Below, in pieces: positions 1 to 8,480 of a stretch of 64,000 nt of DNA; the stretch's first letter is position 1; each line of letters opens with the position of its first letter. Made by a program: the position numbers and the translations under genes. Origin of the DNA: an uncultured bacterium (GTDB lineage: Bacteria; Patescibacteriota; Patescibacteriia; CAIQCM01); NCBI GenBank assembly GCA_963708045.1, contig OY970181.1:971042-1035041 (forward strand). The letters are read 5' to 3'. The notes below the pieces were generated by a model. The model saw only the letters and a list, made by a program, of their open reading frames with translations. It did not search any database and was not told the DNA's origin.

Positions 1-131
1 GACCAATGATCTTTGTATGTCGGTTTTACAATAAGGATTTTATCTTCCACATTCAAAATAATAACACCTGCAGCCATTCGCTTGGTTGGTAGGTTGGCAA
101 TATATTCTGCTTCGGGTATTTTATTAGTCAT
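1..131 (-). CDS. NUDIX hydrolase, N-terminal part (runs off window edge)
   Basis: Not in ORF track. Manual translation from ATG at 131: MTNKIPEAEYIANLPTKRMAAGVIILNVEDKILIVKPTYKDHW, a typical pre-Nudix-box segment. ATGA overlap with the 128..334 ORF. Confidence 0.75.
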   Translation of the reverse strand, partial: MTNKIPEAEYIANLPTKRMAAGVIILNVEDKILIVKPTYKDHW

Positions 132-334
132 AAAAAATTTCTTGGGTACACATCAAAGGGCCATGTCCCCTTCGTTCCGTTGTTTTCTAACTCGGCGTTT
201 TTATATGTCTCAAGATCTACGTTTGACTCTGTATTTTGTACGCCAGCAATTCTCGCAGTAATAATTTTTACGCCAAGATCCAATACTTCTTTTGTTATTT
301 CAAATTTTAAATCTCTCATAAAGTTAGAATCCAT
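128..334 (-). CDS. Small hypothetical protein, possibly a truncated B3/B4-domain protein
   Basis: 68-aa ORF coupled to the NUDIX start. N-terminus (KFEITKEVLDLGVKIITARIAGVQN) loosely resembles stand-alone B3/4 proteins but is far too short. Confidence 0.35.
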   Translation of the reverse strand: MDSNFMRDLKFEITKEVLDLGVKIITARIAGVQNTESNVDLETYKNAELENNGTKGTWPFDVYPRNFL

Positions 335-443
335 TTAAGGTTATTCTATTTTAACACTTTTTCGTTTTGAAACGTAGCGCAAAATAAGGAAATTTTTGTT
401 ACTACTTTCCAAAATTACTGGCGGGGTGACCGGTCTAGTACCT

Positions 444-473
444 AAAAACGAAGGGTTATGTTCTCTTCGTTTT
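444..473 (-). terminator. Probable intrinsic terminator after HD gene
   Basis: Hairpin AAAACGAAG...CTTCGTTTT just downstream of the stop at 483. Confidence 0.5.
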
Positions 474-482
474 GCTTCGCTA

Positions 483-1034
483 TTAGTTTAGTTTTTCAAC
501 AGATTTCTCATACATTGGTTGTGCGATCTTTTTCGCTTTTTCGGAAGCAATACGATTAAACATCCAATCAAATTTTACTTTAATTTTTTCTTTGCCTAGA
601 GCTGGTAAAAATTTATTCAAAAATTTTTGAACATTTACTTCAAAAAAACTTAGACTATCAGCATCTTTCATTAAATCAGATTCTTCATCCCCACCTTCTT
701 CGTGATGTAAAACCATGTTATATACTCTCTTTATATCTTCTTTGGGATAACTATTTTCTCTTAAAAATTTAGATATTATTTCTGCGCCATCTTTTTGGTG
801 TTTTGCCAATTCTTCTTCGTCATTTAATTCCTTATCCTTAAAATTTTCTATCGTATTAGCCTTTCTAAAAGCCCGAGCAATATCATGAGCATAGGCGGCG
901 ATAAGCATAGGTTCATCTGCGTCTGGTTTTAATTCTTTTAACCAAAATACAGCCCTTTCAAAATGATCCATCTTTTTTTCGTTGTCCCCAGAGTTAAACG
1001 AATCAAAAACAAATTTTTTTACTTTTTCTAACAT
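483..1034 (-). CDS. HD-domain metal-dependent phosphohydrolase (DUF4202-like)
   Basis: H...AHDI...H...HHE...DADSLSFF motif pattern of the HD superfamily. Confidence 0.8.
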   Translation of the reverse strand: MLEKVKKFVFDSFNSGDNEKKMDHFERAVFWLKELKPDADEPMLIAAYAHDIARAFRKANTIENFKDKELNDEEELAKHQKDGAEIISKFLRENSYPKEDIKRVYNMVLHHEEGGDEESDLMKDADSLSFFEVNVQKFLNKFLPALGKEKIKVKFDWMFNRIASEKAKKIAQPMYEKSVEKLN

Positions 1035-1038
1035 ATTT

Positions 1039-1107
1039 TTATTTCATTAAATCGTCTAAACTAATATCAAGAGCGTTTGCAATTTTTTTAACAATTTCTA
1101 TATAGGG
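1039..1107 (-). pseudogene. C-terminal relic of an XRE-family HTH regulator
   Basis: Minus frame reads PYIEIVKKIANALDISLDDLMK-stop, matching the tail of HTH_3 proteins. No start codon or N-terminal helices are left. Confidence 0.6.
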
Positions 1108-1129
1108 TCGGGTGGACGTATTTTTATAA

Positions 1130-3844
1130 TTAAAGCTTCTCCGCCTTCTCAATACGAATAACCCCGTTCGGTTCTAGTACGGCCGTGTCGCGGCGACTGA
1201 TCTCATTTTTAAGCAAAGCTTCGGCGAGGGCGTTTTCTACTTTTTCTTGAATCACGCGGCGCATTGGGCGGGCGCCGAAGACGGGGTCAAAACCGACGGC
1301 GGCTAACTCTTTTACGGCTTCGTCGGTGGCGCGGAAGTTGATACTGCGCTTCTCAAGGTTATCGGTAATGCCGCCCATCATTAGCCAGGCGATTTGTTCA
1401 ATTTCGTCGGCGGTAAGCGGACGGAAAACAATGACGCCGTCAAAACGGTTTAAGAGTTCCGGTTTGTAAATCGCTTTTAGTTCGCGAAGCATTAGGTCGC
1501 TCTTAATTTCTTCCACCGATTTTTTGGCACGTACGGCGTCTTGAATGTAACCCGAAGCGGCGTTGGAAGTCGCGACGATAATCGTGTTGGTAAAGTCGGC
1601 GGTGCGTCCTTGGTTGTCGGTGAGCCTCCCGTCGTCCATCACTTGCAAGAAAATATTTAGAATATCTGGGTGCGCTTTTTCAAATTCATCCAAAAGAATC
1701 AAGCAAAACGGTTTGCCGCGGACAGCTTCGGTAAGCAAACCACCTTTGCTGTCCCCTGGCACGCCAACCAAGCGCGCAATAGAATCGCGCTCCTGATACT
1801 CGGACATATCCAAACGGATCATCGCGCTTTCGTCGCCAAAATATTCCGCGGCCACGGTTTTGGCAAGTTCGGTTTTGCCGACGCCGGTCGGCCCCAAGAA
1901 AAGAAAGGCGGCAATCGGACGCTTTTGCGAACGAATCTCGGCCCGAGCGCGACGCAAGGCAGCGGAAACAGCTTTAACAGCTTCTTCTTGGCCAACCACC
2001 CGTTCGTGCAAACGCGTTTCCAAGTTTAACAGCTTTTCACTTTCTTTGGCGGTCACGGCGGTCACGGGCACGTGTGACTTTTCGCTGACAATGGCGGCAA
2101 TGTCTTCGCCGTCAACAATTTTATTTTCACCGCGCGTTTTTCGCACGGCTTGCGCCGCTTCGCGCAGTACGACCATCGCTTTTTCGGGAAGCGCGCGGTC
2201 GTGCAAATAGCGGCTGCTTAACTGAACCGATTTTTCTATCGCCGCATAGGAAAAGAAAACACGCTGGTCGTATTCTATGCCGCCCACAACCGCCATAATC
2301 ATTTTTACCGCCTCGTCCTCTTCCGGCTCTAGGACTTCAATTTTCGTAAACGCGCCTGCGGCGCCGCGGCGTTCAATCGCTTCGGCAAAACGCTGAGGCG
2401 AAGTCGTCGCGATTGCGAAAAAATATCCGTGTGCAAGTTCTTGCGAAAAAATATCAAACAAATCAACGCCGCCTTCGGAAACACCAACGAGCGCGTCAAT
2501 ATTTTCAACAGCCAGAACAATGTTTCGGGCGCGGGCAATGTCGGCAAGCGCGGCCATCAGTCGTCCGCTCGCTTCCGAAGGATCGGCGCCGGCCACGAGG
2601 TCGTTTACGGAAAAGACGAGCAAGCGTTTGTCGCGCAAAATTTCGGGCACATCTTCTTCCACCATCCGCTCAGCCAATTCATAAAGCACCGAGCTTTTTC
2701 CAACACCAGCTTCACCCACAAGCAAGGCCGAATTATGTCCGCCTTCCATAACGCGAAAAACGGCGTTGAGTTCTTTTTCGCGGCCAATGGAAAACGGCAA
2801 GCGGCCAAATTGGGCGGCGCGCGTTAAGTCGTGGCAATAACGATCAAGTGTTGGCGTTGCCACCGCGGTCATTGCCCGATCCAAATTTCCCGTTGGCCGA
2901 TATGCCGCCGCGCGGCGATAGCGACTAACTCGTTCGCGCAAAAAACGATTAATGCGCAACCAAGCGGCAACGTTAACCACGGTTTTTTGATTTATGCCAA
3001 CGTCCTCAACGATTTGAATAACACTATCGTCCTGAGAAAGCGCAATCATTAGTTCGGGAATGCCGGCGCCAGGTTCGCGCGCCTTAAGCGCTTCGTTATA
3101 CGCGTCCAGAACAATTGACGCCGCCACGTTGCTAATCATCGGGTTGCCGCCCGCGTCTTTGGGAATTTTTTCCAAAGACCGCTCGGCGCGATCGTTAACG
3201 GCCGAAGGGGCAACGCCAGCGCGGCCAAAAAAAACTGCGGTTTGACGAACCTTAAGCAAAGCGGCAAAAAGATGAATCGGCAAAACTTCGGCATTACCTA
3301 AAGACGATGCCAAAAGCACGGCGTTTTCTATTGCTGTTTTTGCTTCGGGATAAAACGAAAGCGAAATATCAATTACTTTTTTTGTAAGCAGTGGTCGCGC
3401 TTCATCCCAACCAGAAACAGTTCCCAGTTTTAAGACCTCTTCGCCCCAGCCGCGGCGCGGAATTGGTTTCCGGAAATATTTTTCGCGTCGTTTGCGCGCC
3501 GAAAGCAAGAAAAACAGTAAACTGCCAAGCCAGAAAAAAATCCAAACACGGAGCTTGAGCAAATTTTCTAAATCCCAATAATTTTTTATGAAAAAATCAC
3601 CGGCAAAGAACAAAAAATACAAAAGTGAAAACGCGCCCAAAATAATAATGACGACATCAATAATCCGATTAGCATTTTTGGCGGCGCGGCGAGCGGAAAT
3701 GGAAAAAGGATCAAGCGCCTCGCGCCAGCCCACGAGCGAGTTTTCCAAAATCGCGGCGGTGCCGAGGCCGCGGCAGTTTAAACAGCGGAGTTCGCCAAGA
3801 TACCCCCGACCGCCGCAGACATTGCAAGAAAGATATTTTGCCAT
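1130..3844 (-). CDS. ClpA/B/C-family AAA+ ATPase with N-terminal CxxCxGxG zinc finger and two TM helices
   Basis: Clp-N repeat (EVLPIHLFAALL), Walker A1 GEAGVGKS, Walker A2 GPTGVGKT, LLDEFEKAH, PELLNRFD, FGARPMRR. Confidence 0.9.
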   Translation of the reverse strand: MAKYLSCNVCGGRGYLGELRCLNCRGLGTAAILENSLVGWREALDPFSISARRAAKNANRIIDVVIIILGAFSLLYFLFFAGDFFIKNYWDLENLLKLRVWIFFWLGSLLFFLLSARKRREKYFRKPIPRRGWGEEVLKLGTVSGWDEARPLLTKKVIDISLSFYPEAKTAIENAVLLASSLGNAEVLPIHLFAALLKVRQTAVFFGRAGVAPSAVNDRAERSLEKIPKDAGGNPMISNVAASIVLDAYNEALKAREPGAGIPELMIALSQDDSVIQIVEDVGINQKTVVNVAAWLRINRFLRERVSRYRRAAAYRPTGNLDRAMTAVATPTLDRYCHDLTRAAQFGRLPFSIGREKELNAVFRVMEGGHNSALLVGEAGVGKSSVLYELAERMVEEDVPEILRDKRLLVFSVNDLVAGADPSEASGRLMAALADIARARNIVLAVENIDALVGVSEGGVDLFDIFSQELAHGYFFAIATTSPQRFAEAIERRGAAGAFTKIEVLEPEEDEAVKMIMAVVGGIEYDQRVFFSYAAIEKSVQLSSRYLHDRALPEKAMVVLREAAQAVRKTRGENKIVDGEDIAAIVSEKSHVPVTAVTAKESEKLLNLETRLHERVVGQEEAVKAVSAALRRARAEIRSQKRPIAAFLFLGPTGVGKTELAKTVAAEYFGDESAMIRLDMSEYQERDSIARLVGVPGDSKGGLLTEAVRGKPFCLILLDEFEKAHPDILNIFLQVMDDGRLTDNQGRTADFTNTIIVATSNAASGYIQDAVRAKKSVEEIKSDLMLRELKAIYKPELLNRFDGVIVFRPLTADEIEQIAWLMMGGITDNLEKRSINFRATDEAVKELAAVGFDPVFGARPMRRVIQEKVENALAEALLKNEISRRDTAVLEPNGVIRIEKAEKL

Positions 3845-3846
3845 AT

Positions 3847-4215
3847 TTATCCGGCAATGAATAAATATTTAGCCAGTTCGTAAACCGCAAAAAGCGGCGC
3901 CGCAACATACAAAGCAAACATTATTGCCGCAAAAAAAGTCCAAACGATCATAATAATAAAGCGGCCGATAATTTCCACGAGCCGCATAAAAAAACTTATG
4001 AGTCGGCCGGTGATATCGTTTTGCCCGTACATTGGGACGAAAAGATTTTTTACCCACACGCCAAGGCCAAAACGATTCCAACCCTCCAGCCAAAAACGGC
4101 GGCACCACTTTGCCGCGTCAATAAGCCCGCGCGAATACCAAAAGAATGGCGCGGCAACAAGCCCGCCGCCAACATCATAAAAAACCGCTTTTCCCGCACT
4201 TCGTACCGCTGGCAT
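3847..4215 (-). CDS. Small membrane protein co-transcribed with the Clp ATPase
   Basis: 122 aa, hydrophobic C-half, ends 2 nt before the Clp start; TGCTATAAT 11 nt upstream. Confidence 0.75.
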   Translation of the reverse strand: MPAVRSAGKAVFYDVGGGLVAAPFFWYSRGLIDAAKWCRRFWLEGWNRFGLGVWVKNLFVPMYGQNDITGRLISFFMRLVEIIGRFIIMIVWTFFAAIMFALYVAAPLFAVYELAKYLFIAG

Positions 4216-4281
4216 ATTCTGTATGAATTATAGCAGAATATTTGAATATTCAATAACTGATATTTAATCGTCCGTAACGTA

Positions 4282-4313
4282 ACCCCTCCTACCTCCCCTT
4301 ACCCTAAGGGGAG
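4282..4313. repeat. REP-like palindrome (DUF559-associated type), single half
   Basis: ACCCCTCCTA-CCTCCCCTT-ACCCT-AAGGGGAG: tail plus hairpin, same style as the units flanking 47398..47754. Confidence 0.6.
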
Positions 4314-4325
4314 AAAAAAACAAAA

Positions 4326-4350
4326 ACAAAAAATCAGCCTCTATGGCTGA
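4326..4350 (-). terminator. Terminator of mraZ-rsmH-ftsL
   Basis: TCAGCC-TCTAT-GGCTGA stem followed by a T-run on the minus strand. Confidence 0.55.
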
Positions 4351-4358
4351 AAGCTATT

Positions 4359-4404
4359 TGCGACGTGCGACGTGCGACGTGCGACGTGCGACGTGCGACG
4401 TGCC
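4359..4404. repeat. Tandem heptamer (TGCGACG)x6
   Basis: Six perfect 7-bp units plus TGCC. Confidence 0.95.
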
Positions 4405-4410
4405 AGGACG

Positions 4411-4761
4411 CTACCGCATCGCCACACCCGTTCTCGCCACGGTGACATATTCAACGGCAGAAGCTGGCACCATTCCAATGGCGGCGGCTTGGGTTGTTAA
4501 ATTACCAACGGTGCTGTATTCGGAAAGTTTAATTTCGTTAGCGCGCACTGTTGCCGCGCCCGTATCAACCTGTTTTTGTACTTCATTAATTTCGTAACCC
4601 ATGGAAAGCGATTTGTTTACTTCCGCGAGATAAGCGATTCCAAAACCGGCAATCAAAGCAACCGCGAGAATATTCCAAGCCACAACCGGAACGCGGGCAA
4701 AAACGCCGCGGCGAACGGGTAAGGCGTAAGAATGTGATTGCGAAAGGCAGGCAGTGGTCAT
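4411..4761 (-). CDS. ftsL: FtsL-like cell division protein
   Basis: Single TM plus coiled coil, in the canonical position directly after rsmH. Confidence 0.55.
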   Translation of the reverse strand: MTTACLSQSHSYALPVRRGVFARVPVVAWNILAVALIAGFGIAYLAEVNKSLSMGYEINEVQKQVDTGAATVRANEIKLSEYSTVGNLTTQAAAIGMVPASAVEYVTVARTGVAMR

Positions 4762-4763
4762 TT

Positions 4764-5651
4764 TTATAGTTTGATCGCCGCGCGCAATTTAGCGCTGCGG
4801 CTTCGGGGATTAATTTGTTTTTCGTGCTCGGTAGCGAGGAGCGGTTTTTTTGTTAGAATTTTTATTTTCCTTTCGCTCGCCGCTTTCTTAAAGAATTCTT
4901 TAACGATTCTGTCTTCAAGCGAATGAAACGAAATGAAAGCGAGCGTGCCGCCGGTTTTTACAACCTCTAGCGCTTGCGGCAAAACTTTTTTTATAGAACC
5001 TAGTTCGTCGTTTACGGCAATGCGCAAAGCCTGAAAGACTCTCGTTGCCGGATGAATGCGGCCGTGTTCGTAATTTTTGGAAACGGCAGTGACGATCGCG
5101 TAAACAAGCGCGCCGGTGCTAATAATTCGTTTGTCGCGGCGAGCAACGATAATCGCCGAAGCAATGCGGTTGGCCATATGCTCTTCGCCGTACTCGGAAA
5201 AGATGCGAATGAGTTCGTCCTTTGGCCAAGTGTTTATAATCTCGGCGGCGGTGAGCGGATTGCCGACGGGGTCGTAACGCATATCCAGCGGTTCGTCGCG
5301 CTGAAAGCTAAAACCGCGGATGCGCTCTTCTATTTGCGGCGAGGAAAAACCAAAGTCGGCAAGGACGCCACTTATCGGTCCAAAATTTTGCGTTGCGACG
5401 TTTTCCGCCAGTGTTGTGTAATTGGCATTGACCGCAATTAGCCGGTCGCCGTATGTTTTAAGGTTCTCGCTTGCGACCTTGATTGCTTCCGCATCAAGAT
5501 CAAAAGCCAAAACCTTTCCATTTGGTGCCGTCTGCGTCAAAAGTTCGGCGCTGTGTCCCCCATCGCCGAGCGTGCAGTCAACGAAATTGTCACCCGCTTT
5601 GGGGTTGAGGACTTTTAGCAATTCCTCCGTTAGCACCGGTACGTGCGGCAT
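4764..5651 (-). CDS. rsmH: 16S rRNA m4C1402 methyltransferase
   Basis: HVPVL, DCTLGDGGH, RGFSF, PLDMR, HPATRVFQALRIAVNDEL, SFHSLEDRIVK, NPRSRSAKLR. Confidence 0.98.
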   Translation of the reverse strand: MPHVPVLTEELLKVLNPKAGDNFVDCTLGDGGHSAELLTQTAPNGKVLAFDLDAEAIKVASENLKTYGDRLIAVNANYTTLAENVATQNFGPISGVLADFGFSSPQIEERIRGFSFQRDEPLDMRYDPVGNPLTAAEIINTWPKDELIRIFSEYGEEHMANRIASAIIVARRDKRIISTGALVYAIVTAVSKNYEHGRIHPATRVFQALRIAVNDELGSIKKVLPQALEVVKTGGTLAFISFHSLEDRIVKEFFKKAASERKIKILTKKPLLATEHEKQINPRSRSAKLRAAIKL

Positions 5652-5684
5652 AATTTTATTTTCACTATGGGTTCATATTATATT

Positions 5685-6116
5685 TTAGACCCCGAGCTCG
5701 CCTAACTTTTCGGCAATATCCGCGCTCGCTATTTCCGTTCGTGACTTAAACTCGTCCCACTTAGCCGCGTCCCAGATTTCCAAACGATTGTAGAGACCAG
5801 CGAGGACGACTTTTTTTCCCAGCGTCGCGTATGAACGCAGATAATCGGGAACAATCACTCTTCCTTGGCTGTCTAGTGGCGAATCCATTGCGCCAGCGAG
5901 CATTAACCGCGCAAAGGCGCGCGTGTTAGCTGAAGCAATTGGCAAATTGGCAAGGCGGGTGGCAAGCTTTTCCCATTCAGCCGCCGTGTAAACGACCAAA
6001 CAATGATCAACGCCGCGAGTAACAACCGCGCCATCGGCTAATTCTTTACGAAACTTAACCGGAATCGCGATCCGGCCTTTTTCGTCTAAAGAATGTTGAT
6101 ATTCGCCGATGAACAT
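5685..6116 (-). CDS. mraZ: Division/cell-wall cluster transcriptional repressor
   Basis: MFIGEYQHSLDEKGRIAIP and second DSQGRV repeat; upstream of rsmH. Confidence 0.98.
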   Translation of the reverse strand: MFIGEYQHSLDEKGRIAIPVKFRKELADGAVVTRGVDHCLVVYTAAEWEKLATRLANLPIASANTRAFARLMLAGAMDSPLDSQGRVIVPDYLRSYATLGKKVVLAGLYNRLEIWDAAKWDEFKSRTEIASADIAEKLGELGV

Positions 6117-6124
6117 AGAAAGTT

Positions 6125-6200
6125 ATCCCCCACTTTTCACCACTTTATTACACCTTGTCTATATTATACTCCAATTTACACCACCATTCAACACCCAACC
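6125..6200 (-). promoter_or_regulatory. mraZ promoter with 10-bp-phased MraZ boxes
   Basis: Minus strand: GTGTTG-N4-GTGGTG-N4-TTGGAG, TATAAT (6163-6168), then GTGTAA-N4-GTGGTG-N4-GTGGGG. Matches the GTGG-type MraZ operator repeats. Confidence 0.75.
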
Positions 6201-6265
6201 CAAACAAAAATTCTCGCTATTTTTAGCGAGAATTTAAGCATTTTTATTTCTTGTTCGGGTTCCTC

Positions 6266-6274
6266 TGTGGATAA
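6266..6274 (-). promoter_or_regulatory. Perfect DnaA box (TTATCCACA)
   Basis: TGTGGATAA on the plus strand; second copy at 7990-7998. Confidence 0.4.
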
Positions 6275-6373
6275 ATATATACCTCTCCCCGCACGACATA
6301 TTTGGCTTAAAACAAAAAAGTTGACACTTTTATGTCCACTTTTTTATAACGAAGTTAAAATCACGAGGATTTA

Positions 6374-6622
6374 CTAATCTTTTTTTAAACCACGCAATAT
6401 AAGAAGACCGGAGGTAAGAATAAAAATCTCTTGAATAATCAAAACAGCAATCTTCCGATTCTCAAGATGTTTAAAATAGTCCGGAGCTTCTTGAAAAACG
6501 TACCCTGTGACATTATCGGAGCGCCATTCGTCGTTCCATACCTCTTCGTGGCGCGAAAAATTGAACCAAAGGATACCAACCGTAAGAACAGCGACAACTA
6601 GGGATGGTGTGAGTTTAAACAT
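6374..6622 (-). CDS. Small hypothetical membrane protein
   Basis: 82 aa, two hydrophobic segments, 1-nt gap to the upstream ORF. Confidence 0.6.
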   Translation of the reverse strand: MFKLTPSLVVAVLTVGILWFNFSRHEEVWNDEWRSDNVTGYVFQEAPDYFKHLENRKIAVLIIQEIFILTSGLLILRGLKKD

Positions 6623-6623
6623 A

Positions 6624-6947
6624 CTATTTTTTTAGATTTTTAGCATTAAGGTAGTCACGAAAAAAGAAACCAAGCAGAATCAGGGCAACGGATTTTGCGT
6701 TTATAGCAATCTCTGAAAAGAGCTTAGAAAGTGCACGTACCCCTTCGGTATCAGGAAGGATGTGCTGTGTCACCCCAGCTAAAATAACAAGAACAAGAAA
6801 GGCAATCAGAGCAACTGCCAAAATAATCATCAAAATAATCTGAATAATAAGGAGCCATGTTTCAAACCATTGAGACCTTCGCCATTCAGGGAGGTCTGTT
6901 TCTGGGATACTATCAACGATCGTTGGTCTCACCTTCTTTTGAGACAT
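6624..6947 (-). CDS. Hypothetical membrane protein
   Basis: 107 aa, long hydrophobic helix plus a second segment, tight operon spacing. Confidence 0.65.
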   Translation of the reverse strand: MSQKKVRPTIVDSIPETDLPEWRRSQWFETWLLIIQIILMIILAVALIAFLVLVILAGVTQHILPDTEGVRALSKLFSEIAINAKSVALILLGFFFRDYLNAKNLKK

Positions 6948-6950
6948 ACA

Positions 6951-7169
6951 TTACAAGCGGCGAATATCAATAACGTATTTCTGATTTCCTTTTTCAAAGG
7001 TTACACTGTTTCCATCCTTCGCTACATCCATTAACGCAATGCCCTTTTTTAGAACTTCGGCTAGATCATTTTCCGGGATATTCAATTCTCGCGCGACTTT
7101 TTTTAGTCGCGCGAGTGCGCCATTCCTGAACGTGACGCTAAATTCATCCTGTTTTTCTTCATCTGCCAT
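6951..7169 (-). CDS. Ribbon-helix-helix-like small DNA-binding protein
   Basis: FSVTF strand followed by two helices (LARLKKVARELN / LAEVLKKGIALM). Confidence 0.5.
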   Translation of the reverse strand: MADEEKQDEFSVTFRNGALARLKKVARELNIPENDLAEVLKKGIALMDVAKDGNSVTFEKGNQKYVIDIRRL

Positions 7170-7183
7170 ATTGATAATCGCCT

Positions 7184-7465
7184 TTATTTAACAATCTTAT
7201 CGGCTAATTTTGTAACTACAGAACTAAGGAAACTGGTAAAAAGTAATACCGCAATCGTCCCAATTATCCAAAACAACTTTTCTTTTATCACTCCCCAAAT
7301 TAACGACTTGATTTCTGTTTGGAGCGGTACAGAGTCTTTTACCGCCCCGCAAACCTTACAATCAAAATCCTTTCCCTCAAATCCTTTTCGGAACGTTTCA
7401 AGATCATCAATCCTTTGTAGGTTTGTATTGGCTTGTAAATCGTCCGACTGTCGTTGAGGAGGCAT
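7184..7465 (-). CDS. Hypothetical protein with C-terminal TM helix
   Basis: 93 aa, hydrophobic LFWIIGTIAVLLFTSFLSSVV. Confidence 0.6.
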   Translation of the reverse strand: MPPQRQSDDLQANTNLQRIDDLETFRKGFEGKDFDCKVCGAVKDSVPLQTEIKSLIWGVIKEKLFWIIGTIAVLLFTSFLSSVVTKLADKIVK

Positions 7466-7467
7466 AT

Positions 7468-7713
7468 TTAGGAAGAAACTTCAACGGAAGGCGCCGGGTC
7501 TTTTTTTAATTTTTCTGACGGAACAAAATTTCCCTTCCCATTACTTATTGGCTTCCCTTCCGCTTCTGAAATTATGGATAACATAAAACTAAGAGCCTCG
7601 CTCTCACCTTTTAATGCGTAGTCCTCGACTATTTTTTTTAGTGCCAAAACATGGCCGTTATCCATTTCAACCGTTAACTTACCATTTCCAGGATCGGTTA
7701 CGTTTATTGACAT
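7468..7713 (-). CDS. RHH-like small protein, distant paralogue of 6951..7169
   Basis: LTVEMDNGHVLALKKIVEDY aligns with FSVTFRNGALARLKKVAREL. Confidence 0.5.
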   Translation of the reverse strand: MSINVTDPGNGKLTVEMDNGHVLALKKIVEDYALKGESEALSFMLSIISEAEGKPISNGKGNFVPSEKLKKDPAPSVEVSS

Positions 7714-7802
7714 ATTTTCCTTATTATTTTTTGTAGATTCTTATATCATACCTATCGTTATGAATACCGTCAACACTAAAAAAATTAGCTTCATATCTAC
7801 CC

Positions 7803-7979
7803 TTAAACGGCTAGTATCTTTCCGAGCAACAAAGAAAAACATACCCTATCGTTGTGCCGGTTGTTCCAATGAAAAACAAACCACCAAGATAAGCCCATGA
7901 ACGCTTCTTATTAACGGATTTGTTCGTTCCGGCGATTGAACGCTTGAAGTGCGTCCAAAAGTTCTCGACGCTGTTGTAA
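7803..7979 (-). mobile_element. IS1595-family transposase C-terminal relic (frameshifted)
   Basis: Manual translation NSVENFWTHFKRSIAGTNKSVNKKRSWAYLG/FVFHWNNRHNDR matches the IS1595 tail pattern N.IE.FWS.LKR.I.G.Y..VS.KHL..YL.EF.FR.N.R. Confidence 0.75.
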
Positions 7980-8001
7980 TAGAAATAGTTGTGGATAAAT
8001 A

Positions 8002-8241
8002 TTATTTGAATTTTTTCAAGCCAAGATCCTTATCATTAAAATGTGGTTTAGTAGGAGAAACTAAAATCAATCCAAAGACGAGGGTTAACAATTTTCCGGC
8101 GTCATAAATAAACGCATCCGTATCGGCAAGCGGTAAAAAGCCGAGATATGGTTTGTTTATGTCCATTATAAAACTAACCAAAAAGATTGCGAGAAGAATT
8201 AAGCCAAACGAACGGCGAATGTCGTATTTCTTTTGTTCCAT
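8002..8241 (-). CDS. Small membrane protein
   Basis: 79 aa, two hydrophobic segments; TGCTAGACT -10-like box 12 nt upstream. Confidence 0.55.
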   Translation of the reverse strand: MEQKKYDIRRSFGLILLAIFLVSFIMDINKPYLGFLPLADTDAFIYDAGKLLTLVFGLILVSPTKPHFNDKDLGLKKFK

Positions 8242-8326
8242 AAATATATTTTCAGTCTAGCACATTTTTGTTATTGCGGAGATTGATTAACCCCTCCCTT
8301 TGGTATGCAAAGATGATGAGGTGGAA

Positions 8327-8451
8327 CGAAAAATCTTGTCCTCCCTTTGGTAAAAGGGAGGGTAGGGAGAGTTCTGTTTTATTACGTTAAAGTTATTTAC
8401 GGCGAAACGAACTCCCCCTACCCCCTCTTTTGCAAAGAGTGGGCTAAGATT
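8327..8451. repeat. ~125-bp REPIN/MITE-like element, copy 1
   Basis: CCTCCCTTTGGTAAAAGGGAGGGTAGGGAGAGTT-spacer-AACTCCCCCTACCCCCTCTTTTGCAAAGAGTGGG; near-identical to 43431..43547. Confidence 0.85.
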
Positions 8452-8480
8452 TTTCCAGCAACACAGTTATTATCACTATC

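Noticed and set aside
4343-4597. ORF with RRATCDV repeats, and ORFs 8347..8844, 43410..43610, 43571..43795, 46479..46700
   Set aside because: They are translations of non-coding repeats or overlap real genes.
6266-7998. Replication origin
   Set aside because: Only two DnaA boxes 1.7 kb apart, no dnaA/dnaN nearby and no change in gene strand bias.
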